Shown: positions 31,091-42,045 of the stretch, one piece after another | Layout of the letters: every line of letters begins with the position of its first letter | Position numbering within the stretch: the first letter of the stretch is position 1 | Origin: Promethearchaeota archaeon | GTDB taxonomy: Archaea; Asgardarchaeota; Lokiarchaeia; Sigyniarchaeales; SOKP01 | Reading direction: 5' to 3' | NCBI GenBank assembly: GCA_019057865.1 | Contig: JAHLWP010000006.1 | Coordinates: forward strand, 1 to 64,000 | Length of the DNA: 64,000 nt | Translations under genes and position numbers: made by a program | Notes under the pieces: model-generated | Seen by the model: the letters and a program-made list of their open reading frames with translations, nothing else | What the model was told of the DNA's origin: nothing | Databases searched by the model: none

Positions 31091-32005
31091 ATGCCCATGG
31101 AAAAAAAAGCAATAGCAATAGCAAGCAGATTAGATTCTGAACGTGCGATAAAATTAGTAAAGAGAATTTTTGAATTTCTAATTAAGAAAGGTGAAATTGT
31201 TTATTTAGAAACTCGAATTGCTCCTAGAATTTTACCACATAGTGCAAAAGATTTAATTCAAATGACTTCTGATAATATAAAATTTGTAATATCTACTGGT
31301 GGGGATGGAACTCTTCTGCGAGTAGCAAATAGTCTACCACAAGATGATCCACCTCCGATAATAGGTGTAAATATCAGATCTTTAGGATTTTTAGATGAAT
31401 CTAATGAAAGAACTATATTTAAGGATTTAAATCAAATATTAAAAGGTGATTATTATATTGAAAAGTGCTCAAAAATAACACCTTATATTGTAAAGAATAA
31501 TTCTCAGGAAATTAAGCTAAATAATGCCTTAAATGAAATTTTAATTATATCATCTAAAAGTTCTAAAGTATTACAGATATCTGTAAAAGTTAATGGGGTT
31601 TTTTTAAATCGAAGTTATTTAGATGGATTAATTATCTCCACATCCACCGGTTCCACGGCATATAACTTGAGTGCTGGCGGAGCAATTGTTAGTCCTACCT
31701 TAGAAATTATGCAATTAACACCATTAAATAGTTTTGCTCGTTCTGGATTAAAACCAATAGTTCTTCCAATTGATAGTGAAGTAGAGGTTCAACTTTTAAG
31801 ACCACGCTTAAATGCAAAAATCGTCATTGACGGTCAATATACTGTAAAACATATACAACCAAATACTAGAATTAGGATAAGAAAGGCATCCTCATACACT
31901 AAATTTATACGATTTACTAACAAAAAAGTAAATTACTATAGGCGCTTAAGGAAGAAAATTATAGGAACATTAAGGGTCCCCCTAGATGACAGCCCTGAAG
32001 AATAA
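31091..32005 (+). CDS. nadK: NAD kinase
   Basis: GGDGTLL, LNE, DGLIISTSTGSTAYNLSAGG. Confidence 0.95.
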   Translation: MPMEKKAIAIASRLDSERAIKLVKRIFEFLIKKGEIVYLETRIAPRILPHSAKDLIQMTSDNIKFVISTGGDGTLLRVANSLPQDDPPPIIGVNIRSLGFLDESNERTIFKDLNQILKGDYYIEKCSKITPYIVKNNSQEIKLNNALNEILIISSKSSKVLQISVKVNGVFLNRSYLDGLIISTSTGSTAYNLSAGGAIVSPTLEIMQLTPLNSFARSGLKPIVLPIDSEVEVQLLRPRLNAKIVIDGQYTVKHIQPNTRIRIRKASSYTKFIRFTNKKVNYYRRLRKKIIGTLRVPLDDSPEE

Positions 32006-32546
32006 AGATAGAGATAGAAGAGAAAAGATCTCAATTTTTGATGCTAATATTTTTCTAACTGGGATAGATTTCAATATTTTTGATGAAATAATATTTACTA
32101 CTCCAGGTATTATTAATGAAATTAAAATAAACAAGACTCATAGAAACATTTTAAACAAAATTCAAGTAGCTATTGAGACTAAAAAATTAAGAGTAAGGAT
32201 TCCAGAAAAAAAATATATACAAGAGATAGAGAGAAAATCTATGATAACAGGGGATTTTAATGCACTTTCAAGAGAAGATAAGGATTTATTAGCTTTAGCT
32301 TTAGAGTTAAGAGAAGAGTCTGATCAAAATATAAGAATGTATACTAATGACTATTCGATAGAAAATGTATGTTCTAAATTGAATATCCCTTTTTCACCAA
32401 TATTTAAAGAAGGGATTAAAAAAATGATAATTTGGGAAATATATTGTCCTTTTTGTAAGCAAATTTACAATACAGACGATTTAAGTAAAAATTGTGAACG
32501 ATGTGGATCACCGCTGAAAAGAAGACCTAATCGTAATAAACATTAG
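31986..32546 (+). CDS. nob1: NOB1 endonuclease (PIN + Zn ribbon)
   Basis: FDANIF, LSREDKDLLALA, TNDYSIEN, CPFC...CERCGS. Confidence 0.85.
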   Translation: MTALKNKDRDRREKISIFDANIFLTGIDFNIFDEIIFTTPGIINEIKINKTHRNILNKIQVAIETKKLRVRIPEKKYIQEIERKSMITGDFNALSREDKDLLALALELREESDQNIRMYTNDYSIENVCSKLNIPFSPIFKEGIKKMIIWEIYCPFCKQIYNTDDLSKNCERCGSPLKRRPNRNKH

Positions 32547-32608
32547 TAGTGGTAATTATATAAATAAATATCTATATATTTATTGAAAAAGCGATTAATA
32601 AACGAGGA

Positions 32609-33670
32609 ATGGCAATGGGTGTTAAAATAAATGAATTAGTTAAAGAAGTTAAAAGAACAATTACTTTTGAAAATCTCTTTCAAAAGCGTATAGCAATTGA
32701 TGCTTTTAACACAATATATCAATTTTTAGCAATAATTCGTCAAAGAGATGGAACACCATTAAAAGATTTTCAAGGAAACGTGACCTCACATCTTTCTGGT
32801 CTTTTTTATAGGACTATTAATTTTTTAGAGCATAATGTCAAACCGATTTATGTGTTCGATGGTGAACCCTCTGTTTTAAAATTAGATACTATTAAGGAAA
32901 GGCAAAAAATTAAGGAAGAAGCTAGAGAGAAGATGATCGAAGCTCAGGAGGCTGAAGATTTTAGAGAAGCTAAAAAATTTGCTCAGATTACATCTAAACT
33001 TGATTCTAATATGATAGATGAAAGTAAAAAATTAATTAAATATATGGGAATACCGATAATTCAAGCTACTTCTGAGGGAGAAGCTCAAATAGCATATTTA
33101 GTAGAAGTAAGTGATGCTTGGGCTTGTGCTTCTCAAGATTATGATACATTATTATTTGGAGGAGAAAGATTAGTTAGAAATTTTGCTATAAGTAGGAGCA
33201 GAAAGGTTAAAGATACTACTATAACACTTGATATAGAATATATATCTTTATCAAAGTTTTTAAAAAATTTTGGAATTACCCGTGAACAATTAATAGAGAT
33301 GGGGATCTTAATAGGAACTGATTTTTATCCTGGTATAAAAGGAATTGGTCAAAAAATAGCTCTAGATTTAATAAAAAAATACGATTCTTTAGAGAATGTG
33401 ATTAAAAATAAGGTTGCGATAGGAGGAAAAGAGATTCAAATAGATTTCGAATTGATTAAACAAGTAAAAAATATCTTCTTAGATCCAAATATTAAAACAG
33501 ATTATCAAATACCAAAACAAAAGGGTATAGATTATGAAAAATTAGAAGAACTACTCATTGAACAACACAATTTTTCTCATCAAAGAGTTGAAAATGCTTT
33601 AGATCGCCTTAGGAAATTAGATTCTTCTAAGGTTCAAGTTTCTTTGGATAATTTTTTTAAAAGAAACTAA
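32609..33670 (+). CDS. fen: Flap endonuclease 1
   Basis: MGV, IDAFN, YVFDG, EGEAQ, SQDYD, GTDF; C-terminal PIP box QVSLDNFF. Confidence 0.97.
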   Translation: MAMGVKINELVKEVKRTITFENLFQKRIAIDAFNTIYQFLAIIRQRDGTPLKDFQGNVTSHLSGLFYRTINFLEHNVKPIYVFDGEPSVLKLDTIKERQKIKEEAREKMIEAQEAEDFREAKKFAQITSKLDSNMIDESKKLIKYMGIPIIQATSEGEAQIAYLVEVSDAWACASQDYDTLLFGGERLVRNFAISRSRKVKDTTITLDIEYISLSKFLKNFGITREQLIEMGILIGTDFYPGIKGIGQKIALDLIKKYDSLENVIKNKVAIGGKEIQIDFELIKQVKNIFLDPNIKTDYQIPKQKGIDYEKLEELLIEQHNFSHQRVENALDRLRKLDSSKVQVSLDNFFKRN

Positions 33671-33758
33671 AAGAGCATGGTTCACAAAAGCAAAAATTTT
33701 TACAAAATTAAAATTTCATTTATTTAATCAAATTAAATTTTCTTAAAATCAAGATAAA

Positions 33759-36002
33759 ATGTCATCAAAAGATCCCAATAATAAGGACAAGGATAGCAAA
33801 AAAGAAGCCAATACTCCCAGTGTTACTCTAAGGGTTCAAAAAGCCAAAAAAAGAGATATTGGGCGTAATATTATAAGGATTGATCAAGAGACAATGGAAA
33901 ATCTTAACATACAAACCGGAGATGTTATTGCCCTTATTGGTAAGAAAAAAAGTGCTGGTATTGCATGGCCCAGTTATCCTCAAGATAATGGTTTAGGAAT
34001 AGTTCGTATAGATTCAAGGTTACAACAAAATACAGGAACAAGAATCGATGATACATTAGAAATATGTAAGGTTAATGCTAAGGTTGCTCAACTTGTTGTT
34101 TTAGCACCATCAAATATTCCTATTAGAAACGATCCAAGATTTGAAAGTTTTGTTAAGAGAAAGTTAAATAACTACCCTATAACGATTGATGATTTTATTC
34201 CTATATCTATTGGAATAAGTAGAGAAATACAATTTAAAGTAATAAATGTAAGACCTAATGATGTTTGCATTATAAAACAAGAAACTGTTGTTAATATAAG
34301 CGATCGAGTAACTGAAGATATAGAGAGAGGTCCTGATTATTTAACCTATGAACATGTTGGTGGATTAGATAGAGAAATACAAAGAGTAAGAGAAATGGTT
34401 GAATTACCCTTGCGACATCCATCTTTATTCAAACGATTAGGTATAGAGCCTCCTAAGGGTGTATTATTAAGGGGACCACCTGGTTGTGGAAAAACATTAT
34501 TAGCCAGAGCTGTTGCTAATGAAAGTGAAGCACATTTTATATCTATCAATGGTCCTGAAATCATGAGCAAATTTTATGGGGAATCTGAAAAAAAATTACG
34601 TAAACTCTTTATAGAGGCAGAAGAAAAAAGTCCTTCAATTATATTCATTGATGAGATTGATGCTATTGCCCCAAAGAGAGAAACAGTTACGGGAGAAGTA
34701 GAACGGAGAGTTGTTGCTCAACTTCTAGCATTAATGGATGGACTTCATGGTAGAGGTAAAGTCATTGTTATAGGTGCTACTAATAGACCAAATAGTTTAG
34801 ATCCAGCATTAAGAAGACCCGGCAGGTTTGATCGTGAAATTGAAATAAAAGTTCCTAATGAAAAAGGGAGAAGAGAAGTTTTTCAAATACACACTCGAAA
34901 TATGCCACTGGATAAGAAAATTTCATTAAAAGAATTTTCCCAAATTACTCATGGATTCGTTGGAGCAGATATTATGGCAGTATGTAGAGAAGCTGCGATG
35001 TCAGCATTGCGAAGATATTTACCAAAAATCGATTTAGAATCGGAAATTATCGAACACGAACTATTAGAACAAATTGAAGTCACTAAAAGTGATTTTGATG
35101 AAGCATTAAAAGAAGTATTGCCTTCTGGAATAAGAGAAGTATTTGTAGAAGTCCCTAATGTTACATGGGATCAGGTAGGTGGATTAGAAGATTTAAAACA
35201 AAAATTAATTGAAGCAGTAGAATGGCCTTTATCACACCCAAATATATTCAATCGTATGGGCATAACTCCACCAAGAGGAATCTTGCTCTATGGACCCCCA
35301 GGATGTGGTAAAACTCTATTAGCAAGGGCTGTAGCTACTGAAAGCGAAGCTAATTTCATAGCTATAAAAGGACCTGAGCTCTTATCTAAATGGGTAGGAG
35401 AAAGTGAAAAAGCTATAAGAGAAATTTTTCGTAAAGCCAAAATGGCGGCACCTTGTATCATATTTTTTGATGAATTCGACTCAATAGCACCAAGTAGGGG
35501 ACGACATACTTCTGATTCTGGAGTGAGTGAAAAAGTATTATCTCAATTATTAACAGAATTAGATGGATTAGAAATTAAAAAAGATATTGTAGTAATAGCA
35601 GCTACGAATCGACCGGATATATTAGACCCTGCGCTGATTAGGCCTGGTAGAATTGATAGAATATTACTTGTTCCTATTCCTGAGAAAAAAGGAAGGTTGG
35701 AAATCTTAAAGATATTTACAAAGGAGATGCCTTTAGTAAATAATATTAAAATAGAAGAATTAAATGAATTAATAGAAGGGTTTTCTGGAGCTGATATAGA
35801 AACCTGGTGTCGTGAGGCTGCTATGATAGCTCTTAGAGAAAATATTAGAGCAAGAAAAGTCTCTTTAGAACACTTTAAGGAAGCAAGAAAATTAGTTAGT
35901 CCAACATTAACAGAAGAAATAATAGAATGGTATGAAAAGTTTGGAGAAAAGCTTAAAAGTAGAAGAATTGAAGAATCAAAAGAGGATCGATTGTTTGTAT
36001 AA
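33759..36002 (+). CDS. cdc48: CDC48/VCP AAA+ ATPase
   Basis: N domain plus two AAA modules (GPPGCGKT twice, DEID/DEFD, RPGR). Confidence 0.97.
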   Translation: MSSKDPNNKDKDSKKEANTPSVTLRVQKAKKRDIGRNIIRIDQETMENLNIQTGDVIALIGKKKSAGIAWPSYPQDNGLGIVRIDSRLQQNTGTRIDDTLEICKVNAKVAQLVVLAPSNIPIRNDPRFESFVKRKLNNYPITIDDFIPISIGISREIQFKVINVRPNDVCIIKQETVVNISDRVTEDIERGPDYLTYEHVGGLDREIQRVREMVELPLRHPSLFKRLGIEPPKGVLLRGPPGCGKTLLARAVANESEAHFISINGPEIMSKFYGESEKKLRKLFIEAEEKSPSIIFIDEIDAIAPKRETVTGEVERRVVAQLLALMDGLHGRGKVIVIGATNRPNSLDPALRRPGRFDREIEIKVPNEKGRREVFQIHTRNMPLDKKISLKEFSQITHGFVGADIMAVCREAAMSALRRYLPKIDLESEIIEHELLEQIEVTKSDFDEALKEVLPSGIREVFVEVPNVTWDQVGGLEDLKQKLIEAVEWPLSHPNIFNRMGITPPRGILLYGPPGCGKTLLARAVATESEANFIAIKGPELLSKWVGESEKAIREIFRKAKMAAPCIIFFDEFDSIAPSRGRHTSDSGVSEKVLSQLLTELDGLEIKKDIVVIAATNRPDILDPALIRPGRIDRILLVPIPEKKGRLEILKIFTKEMPLVNNIKIEELNELIEGFSGADIETWCREAAMIALRENIRARKVSLEHFKEARKLVSPTLTEEIIEWYEKFGEKLKSRRIEESKEDRLFV

Positions 36003-36085
36003 AATTCGTAAAATTAATTTAAAAACAAAAATTAATTACTACAATTTCCAATTTTCTATTTTTAAATTTATAATAATGGTGAAAT

Positions 36086-36361
36086 ATTATCGAAACGCAT
36101 AGATGGAATCAGAATCCGCTAATCAATTCAATATTAGACATACTTATTAAAAATAAGGGAGAAATTTTAGATAAAAGGCTTGAGGAACTCTTGAAAAAAG
36201 AATTCCCTTATGTTAATTCTTTAAATTTAGAAGAATTATTCATGAAATTAGAGAGTATGAACGTAGTAAATGTTTTTCGAGTTTCAAAAAATAAAAAAAT
36301 GATAGTTCTCAATAAACATAATACATCAATTAAGAATAGTGTAATGAATGATTTATTGTAA
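36086..36361 (+). CDS. Small winged-helix-like protein absent from the ORF track (non-canonical ATT/ATC start)
   Basis: 91-aa open frame (WNQNPLINSILDILIKNKGEILDKRLEELL...LFMKLESMNVVNV) fills the cdc48-herA gap; GGTGA lies just upstream. Confidence 0.6.
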   Translation: MIETHRWNQNPLINSILDILIKNKGEILDKRLEELLKKEFPYVNSLNLEELFMKLESMNVVNVFRVSKNKKMIVLNKHNTSIKNSVMNDLL

Positions 36362-37879
36362 TTATTTATTCTGCCACTTTAAGCAAACTTGAGCTAATGA
36401 ATTATCTTCAAATTGTGGTTTATATTTTCTTTCCCTAATATCAATAAAAGCAGGGTAATTCACAGCATTTCCCATCAACAACATTTCTCCTACACCCAAA
36501 CTAGAAATCATACTTGCGTATTCCTGAGTAATTGCTTCTGAACTATCCATCAGATGTTTCAAATCATATGGATTTTTAATATTTAAAACCATCTTAGAAT
36601 TACATTGAGAAAGAGCAGTAGTACTCAACTTTTTTGGTCTTTGGCTTATTAAACATAAACATGCCATGAATTTTCTTCCCTCTCTAGCAATCATTTCAAT
36701 GATTGGTTTGGAAATAGCTTTAGAATGAGCTGCTTCAGGGCAAAATTGATGAGCTTCTTCTACAATTAACAAAAAAGGGGGAATCTTGTTCATTCTTCGA
36801 AGATAAAATAAGCGACTACATATATAATCAACAATAATTTGCTTTTTTCTTATACTAATTTCTTTTTGAAGGTTAAAAATTAAAATCTCTTGTTTATGTA
36901 TAATTTTATTTAGTAATGGATTTTCTTGGGACCCAAAGAGTGTTAAATGGTCCAATTCTGATAACCAGCCTATTAATGCTTGTTTTGTGCTCTTATTTCC
37001 ATCAGATTCATTCTCTATTATATCTAAGATATCAGAGAGAGTATACTTACCTTTTTTCTTATCATCTTTTTTTAACTTTTTGATATATTTGGCTAGTTCT
37101 CTTATTTGAACACTAGAAATTTGTTCTTGATACTTTTTGAAAGAATATTCATTTAAATTCGGAACGGCAATTTGAAAGTAAGAAATATCTTGAATTTTAA
37201 CCTTATCTTTTAATTCAATCAAATCCTTTAAATATGAATATTCTCCATGAACATCTATTAATATAATAGCAGGAGTTCCAAAAGAACTGTCTCTTGTTAT
37301 AAGCTCTTCAATAAGAATTGATGTTAAATAACTTTTACCTGCTCCTGAAATTGCGAGAATAGAAAAATGTTTATTTAATAGTCTATCCATGCTGATTTTT
37401 GCATTGAAATTTGAAACTTTAACTTGTCCTACATTTAATCCATGTTCAATATCAAATCCCAGGAATTTGTTAAGGAGCTCTTCTTCAACAAGATAAACTT
37501 CTATTCCTGGACTTGCTGGATAAGTCATTCTTTGAATTTTTGATATTTCTTTTTCTTTATCATCTTTAAATTTAATAATACCTAGACATTTAACAATAGC
37601 TATTGCAAACTCAAACTCATCACTTGGAAAAAGGCCTTTTAAAATGTTAGGATTATTATTGTTATTATAAGCTTTAATTGTTAATGCATCAGAGAAATAT
37701 TCATTTAATAAAACAATTTTTTCAATAATGCCAATTAAAAATCCTTCATTAGATTTTGTATAAACAAACAATCCTTTTCTAATTAAAACTCCATCTCTTC
37801 TTTTATTTATGACAAAAGGGAATTTTGATACATCTGGTAATTGTAAATAATTAAAAACAATACCAACTTTAGTTGCCAT
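36362..37879 (-). CDS. HerA/FtsK-family ATPase (DUF87)
   Basis: HFSILAISGAGKS, DVHGEY, VEEAHQF, AREGRKF, SQRP. Confidence 0.9.
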   Translation of the reverse strand: MATKVGIVFNYLQLPDVSKFPFVINKRRDGVLIRKGLFVYTKSNEGFLIGIIEKIVLLNEYFSDALTIKAYNNNNNPNILKGLFPSDEFEFAIAIVKCLGIIKFKDDKEKEISKIQRMTYPASPGIEVYLVEEELLNKFLGFDIEHGLNVGQVKVSNFNAKISMDRLLNKHFSILAISGAGKSYLTSILIEELITRDSSFGTPAIILIDVHGEYSYLKDLIELKDKVKIQDISYFQIAVPNLNEYSFKKYQEQISSVQIRELAKYIKKLKKDDKKKGKYTLSDILDIIENESDGNKSTKQALIGWLSELDHLTLFGSQENPLLNKIIHKQEILIFNLQKEISIRKKQIIVDYICSRLFYLRRMNKIPPFLLIVEEAHQFCPEAAHSKAISKPIIEMIAREGRKFMACLCLISQRPKKLSTTALSQCNSKMVLNIKNPYDLKHLMDSSEAITQEYASMISSLGVGEMLLMGNAVNYPAFIDIRERKYKPQFEDNSLAQVCLKWQNK

Positions 37880-38039
37880 TTTTTTCAAAATGCGGTGGTG
37901 GGTTTATTGGGAAAAGTATACTTTGATTTTAATTAAGAATTGAACTTAATAAAAAGGAGATAAGAGCAAAAATTTTCTAATTTAAATTAAAGGATTAAAA
38001 ATAAAATAATAAATTAGTTGAGAATTTCTTAGATAAAAT

Positions 38040-38651
38040 TTATTGTTGCTTTTCTTCTTTTTCCAAAGCTCCCATCATTTTCAGAATTATATAATACCCA
38101 TTTTTCCAAAAGTAGATCATGAAAAGTACTATGCCTACAAGCAAGAAGAGTCCTATTCCTGATGCTAATATTATAGGACCTGCAGTATCTAGGATTTCTA
38201 AAAGAGATAATGTACCATCTTCAGATCCGGTTATAAAATCAACAACTATAGCAAAAATAATTCCTATTATAATACCTATTAAGCTAATTAATAGCCCTCC
38301 AGCAGCAATTTTCACACCAGTTCTATTCTTATACTTTTCCTCAAGTTCTCTAACCTTGTAGATGAAATTTATCAAAGAACGTGAAGTTTTCTTAAACAAT
38401 CCAAAAAAGAAAACTAATAGAAAAAATAAACCCGCCATAAGTCCCCCGATTATTGCTATTTGGAAACCTAAATTAAGATGTAAAAACTTCTCAAGTTTTC
38501 CTGTTGGACCTATAAAGATTTCTGTAAGTGTAAAAACAGCTCCTCCTATAGTAATTAAACTTGCTAGCACTATAATGATATAAAAAACTAATGCTACAAT
38601 TTTCTGCCTTTTATTATACTCAATAGGTCGAATTGGGACAGATCTTTCCAT
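38040..38651 (-). CDS. Hypothetical membrane protein (4 TM, internal duplication)
   Basis: Four hydrophobic segments in two similar halves; ATG 38651 is the likely start. Confidence 0.6.
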   Translation of the reverse strand: MERSVPIRPIEYNKRQKIVALVFYIIIVLASLITIGGAVFTLTEIFIGPTGKLEKFLHLNLGFQIAIIGGLMAGLFFLLVFFFGLFKKTSRSLINFIYKVRELEEKYKNRTGVKIAAGGLLISLIGIIIGIIFAIVVDFITGSEDGTLSLLEILDTAGPIILASGIGLFLLVGIVLFMIYFWKNGYYIILKMMGALEKEEKQQ

Positions 38652-38862
38652 TTTATTCACATTTAGTTCTTTTATTGATTTTTCAGTTTTAGAGATTATT
38701 CCTTCAGTTATAAGTAAAATTGAACATAAAAGAATTCTATGTCCAAACAATAACTTAACTATGCAATTATAATTAAAAAAACAATATCAATATACATATA
38801 TAAAATTGATTATTATCAATTCGATTATTTAATAATAAAAAATAATATAGCTATTTTGGACT

Positions 38863-40389
38863 CTAATTCTGATTTAAATTGCTAAAATTTTTATAGAAAT
38901 CATTACCCTCTAAATAATTATACAATTCATATGAAAGTTTATAGATTTTTTCATAAATTTCATGATTTTCATTATTAGGTATCCACTTCTTATCAACCTT
39001 ACATAAATTTTCTGCTGCTTTAGAGATATCAGGATATAATCCTGCTCCTGAAGCTGCTAATATAGCTGCACCCAATGATGTGGATTCTTCAATTATATTT
39101 CTTACACACGTAATACCTAAAACATCAGCATATATCTGATTCCAAAAATCTGAACGAGAACCGCCTCCAGTTAACATTAATTCTTTAGGGACAATTCCTA
39201 TTTCTTTGAAAACTTCGACATTTTTTCTTACTTCAAACGCCACGCCTTCAAGAACAGCTCGATAAAGATCTTTTCGTTCATGACCTAAAGACAGCCCAAA
39301 GAGTATTCCCTTTGCGAAAGGATTCCAATGGGGAGCTCCTGCCCCTACTAAGTGGGGAATCAATATTAATCCATTAGCGCCCATTGGAGACTGTTTTGCT
39401 TCAGATATCATATTTTCATATGGATCTTGACCTATCTCTTCTGCTACTAAGCATTCAGCTTTGCCCACTTGATCTCTGAACCATCTTAGTGTGGCTCCGG
39501 ATGTGAAAATGCTAGCTTCTTGCACCCAAGATCCTGGTACTGCATGACAGCTACATATTACTCTCTTCTCTGGATCGAATTTTGGTTTGTCTAAATAAGC
39601 TAAAATAAAACTTCCTGTTCCTGTTGTACATTTAATATCACCAAGAGAAACTACTCCTACTCCTAAAGCTGCAGATTGTTGATCTCCTGCACCTGTAACC
39701 ACTAAAGTTTTCTTATCGAATAATGTCTCATCTGTTACAATTTCTCCAATATCTATTCCACTTTCTATTGCTTCTGGCATTTTATCTAAATCTATTTCAA
39801 GCTCGGAAGCGATGTCTTCTGAATATCGAAGGTTATTGATATCAAATAACATTGTTCTAGAAGCATTTGAAAAATCGGTATAAAACTTACCTGTTAATTT
39901 GTGTATTATGAAATCTGATACCAATAAGAATTTATGAGTTTTTTGATAAATATCTGGTTTCTCATCCTTGAACCATAATATTTTAGTAGCAGAAAAATAT
40001 GGATCTATTGTCAATCCTGTAATCCCATAAATTTTATCTAATCCTAACTTAGATTTAATTGTTTCCACTTGATTTATAGTGCGTCGATCTTGCCAAACTA
40101 ATGCATTATGAAGAGGATTTCCCTCTTTATCAACAGGTACTATAGTTTCTCGTTGATTGGTAACAGATAGGCTTACAATATCTGTTTTATCAATCCCACT
40201 CTTTTTTATGGCATTATCAATAGTTTTTTTGATTGAATCCCACCACACTTTAGCGTCCTGTTCAACATAAGAAGGAGAAGGATAAAAGCTATTCCATTCT
40301 TGATAATCACTAGCAATTATTGTACCAGCTAAATCAAAAATATAGGTTCTACACCCTGTTGTCCCTAAATCCAATGCAGCGACAAACAT
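38863..40389 (-). CDS. FGGY carbohydrate kinase (xylulokinase/glycerol kinase-like)
   Basis: DLGTTG, VEQD, NQRET, WQDRR, GDQQ, TGTG, GGGSRS. Confidence 0.92.
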   Translation of the reverse strand: MFVAALDLGTTGCRTYIFDLAGTIIASDYQEWNSFYPSPSYVEQDAKVWWDSIKKTIDNAIKKSGIDKTDIVSLSVTNQRETIVPVDKEGNPLHNALVWQDRRTINQVETIKSKLGLDKIYGITGLTIDPYFSATKILWFKDEKPDIYQKTHKFLLVSDFIIHKLTGKFYTDFSNASRTMLFDINNLRYSEDIASELEIDLDKMPEAIESGIDIGEIVTDETLFDKKTLVVTGAGDQQSAALGVGVVSLGDIKCTTGTGSFILAYLDKPKFDPEKRVICSCHAVPGSWVQEASIFTSGATLRWFRDQVGKAECLVAEEIGQDPYENMISEAKQSPMGANGLILIPHLVGAGAPHWNPFAKGILFGLSLGHERKDLYRAVLEGVAFEVRKNVEVFKEIGIVPKELMLTGGGSRSDFWNQIYADVLGITCVRNIIEESTSLGAAILAASGAGLYPDISKAAENLCKVDKKWIPNNENHEIYEKIYKLSYELYNYLEGNDFYKNFSNLNQN

Positions 40390-40391
40390 TT
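40253..40391 (-). repeat. Direct repeat copy 1 (5' end of the FGGY kinase gene), 139 bp
   Basis: Matches 41811-41949 with 4 mismatches. Confidence 0.95.
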
Positions 40392-40489
40392 TTATAACTC
40401 TTATGTCTTAAATTTCTAAAAATATATTTAATTATAAATAGAGTATTAATAAAAAAGTTATCCTTCAATAGATTGATAATTCTGGTTTA

Positions 40490-40940
40490 AAAATTAAAAA
40501 AAGAATTCACTTCATTTTTTATAAAATCTTTAATTCTATTCGGTCTGTTCATTTTCGGGCAGATCCAATATGGAAATTCAAAAAAGATAATTCCATTATG
40601 GTAGAGAAGATAGATTTTAAGAAGATCATTAATTATACCATTTAAAAACGAATCTAGTTCATTAATATTTTTATGAAAATAATTCGGAAAAATATAATGC
40701 TGAATTCCATTATATTCGAATGTTATCCATATGAAATTTTCGCTATGATAATTAAAGGGGGTATTAATTTCACGCTCAAGAAGAAAAATTTTATTATTTT
40801 TAATGGTAATTTTAATATAACCAATAGGGAACTGAATTTTTATTAGTTTTGAATCAATTTTCGTATAATCATCTTTAATTTTATCAACAATCTTCTGAAT
40901 TTGGAAAGCATCGAAAAGTTAAAATATGATGGATATCATT
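40490..40940 (-). pseudogene. Frameshifted relic of a PD-(D/E)xK nuclease homologous to the C-terminus of 51-1928
   Basis: WITFEYNGIQHYIFPNYF...DLLKIYL...IIFFEFPYWI (FEYNGIQHY at 40720-40694); FDAF motif upstream in another frame. Boundaries are approximate. Confidence 0.8.
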
Positions 40941-41144
40941 ACTCTGATATATATTATAATACTAATCAAGTCGGGTGTTCCTCAAGTAAGAAATCAGTAT
41001 TATACACACATTCAGTGCAGTTATTATGGAGCTCACATACCTTTTGTTTTACGCTTTCCGCTAATTTGCTCCGAAAAATCTTACAGTGTTCCTTTAGAGT
41101 AACATTTTATATATATTTTTTAATCAGAAAAAACATGATTACAT

Positions 41145-41501
41145 ATGATAGGTTTTGTTATATCTCTTATTCTCGCCATATCTTCCTTGTTGTTGGGAAT
41201 ACCTTTGATATTCAGAAAAGTTAAACCTAATCATTTTTATGGTTTTCGTGTGTCAAAATTCATTTTTAAAAGTGATGATATATGGTATGAAGTAAATGCT
41301 AAAGGAGGGATGCATTTAATCATTATTGGAGGTGTTTTAATAGTTATAGCTTCATTAGCATTAGTATATATTAATGATAATATCTTGCAAGGCATTTTTT
41401 TATTCATCACTTTACTTATCGAGGCATTGGGACTTATTTTATCTTTAATCATAACATATAATCTAGCACATAGACTAGCAAAGGAAAAAGGATTAAAATA
41501 A
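41145..41501 (+). CDS. SdpI/YhfL-family membrane protein
   Basis: KVKPNHFYGFR...SDDIWYEVN..GG; 3 TM segments. Confidence 0.8.
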   Translation: MIGFVISLILAISSLLLGIPLIFRKVKPNHFYGFRVSKFIFKSDDIWYEVNAKGGMHLIIIGGVLIVIASLALVYINDNILQGIFLFITLLIEALGLILSLIITYNLAHRLAKEKGLK

Positions 41502-41770
41502 ATATTTTCACTGCAATTTAAAAGCAGAAAAAGGATTCTTCTATAAGAAAAAGAGAAGCAACAACAGATTTTATTTAACTGACTTTGGGTGTAGGAAATT
41601 CTTTCAGATTTCTTTTCAAATTGAAAAAAAAATTGATCTTTCCATAGGATTATCAACTTCCTTTAACACATTTTTCAATTTATAGTAGTATAAGGTTTTA
41701 TTCACAAATTTATTGGACGAAGTACATCTCTTATTTATGCCTTTTCATGTAGACAATTTACTCCAAATAT

Positions 41771-41947
41771 TTAAATAAGTTTGGAGATATTATGAATTTG
41801 GGAAACTGTTGCATCTTGTTCAACATAGGAAGGAGAAGGATAAAAGCTATTCCATTCTTGATAATCACTAGCGATTATTGTACCAGCTAAATCAAAAATA
41901 TAGGTTCTACACCCTGTTGTCCCTAAATCCAATGCAGCGACAAACAT
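41771..41947 (-). pseudogene. Truncated 5' copy of the FGGY kinase (46 codons, then unrelated sequence); direct repeat copy 2 at 41811-41949
   Basis: MFVAALDLGTTG...SYVEQDA then TVSQIHNISKLI*. Confidence 0.9.
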
Positions 41948-42045
41948 TTACTTCAAATCTCTTTAATTAAACTTTTTTATAAAATTAATTTAACAATATT
42001 CTTATAAGGATACTTATTAATGCGTTCTTTTAATAAGTTTATGAT

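Noticed and set aside
40901-41656. ORFs 40901-41224(+) and 41237-41656(-), plus the many short antisense ORFs in the track
   Set aside because: They overlap better-supported genes or relics and have no recognisable motifs; treated as shadow ORFs.
41510-41690. Possible wHTH remnant (RFYLTDFG) inside the island
   Set aside because: No start codon and too short to support a call.
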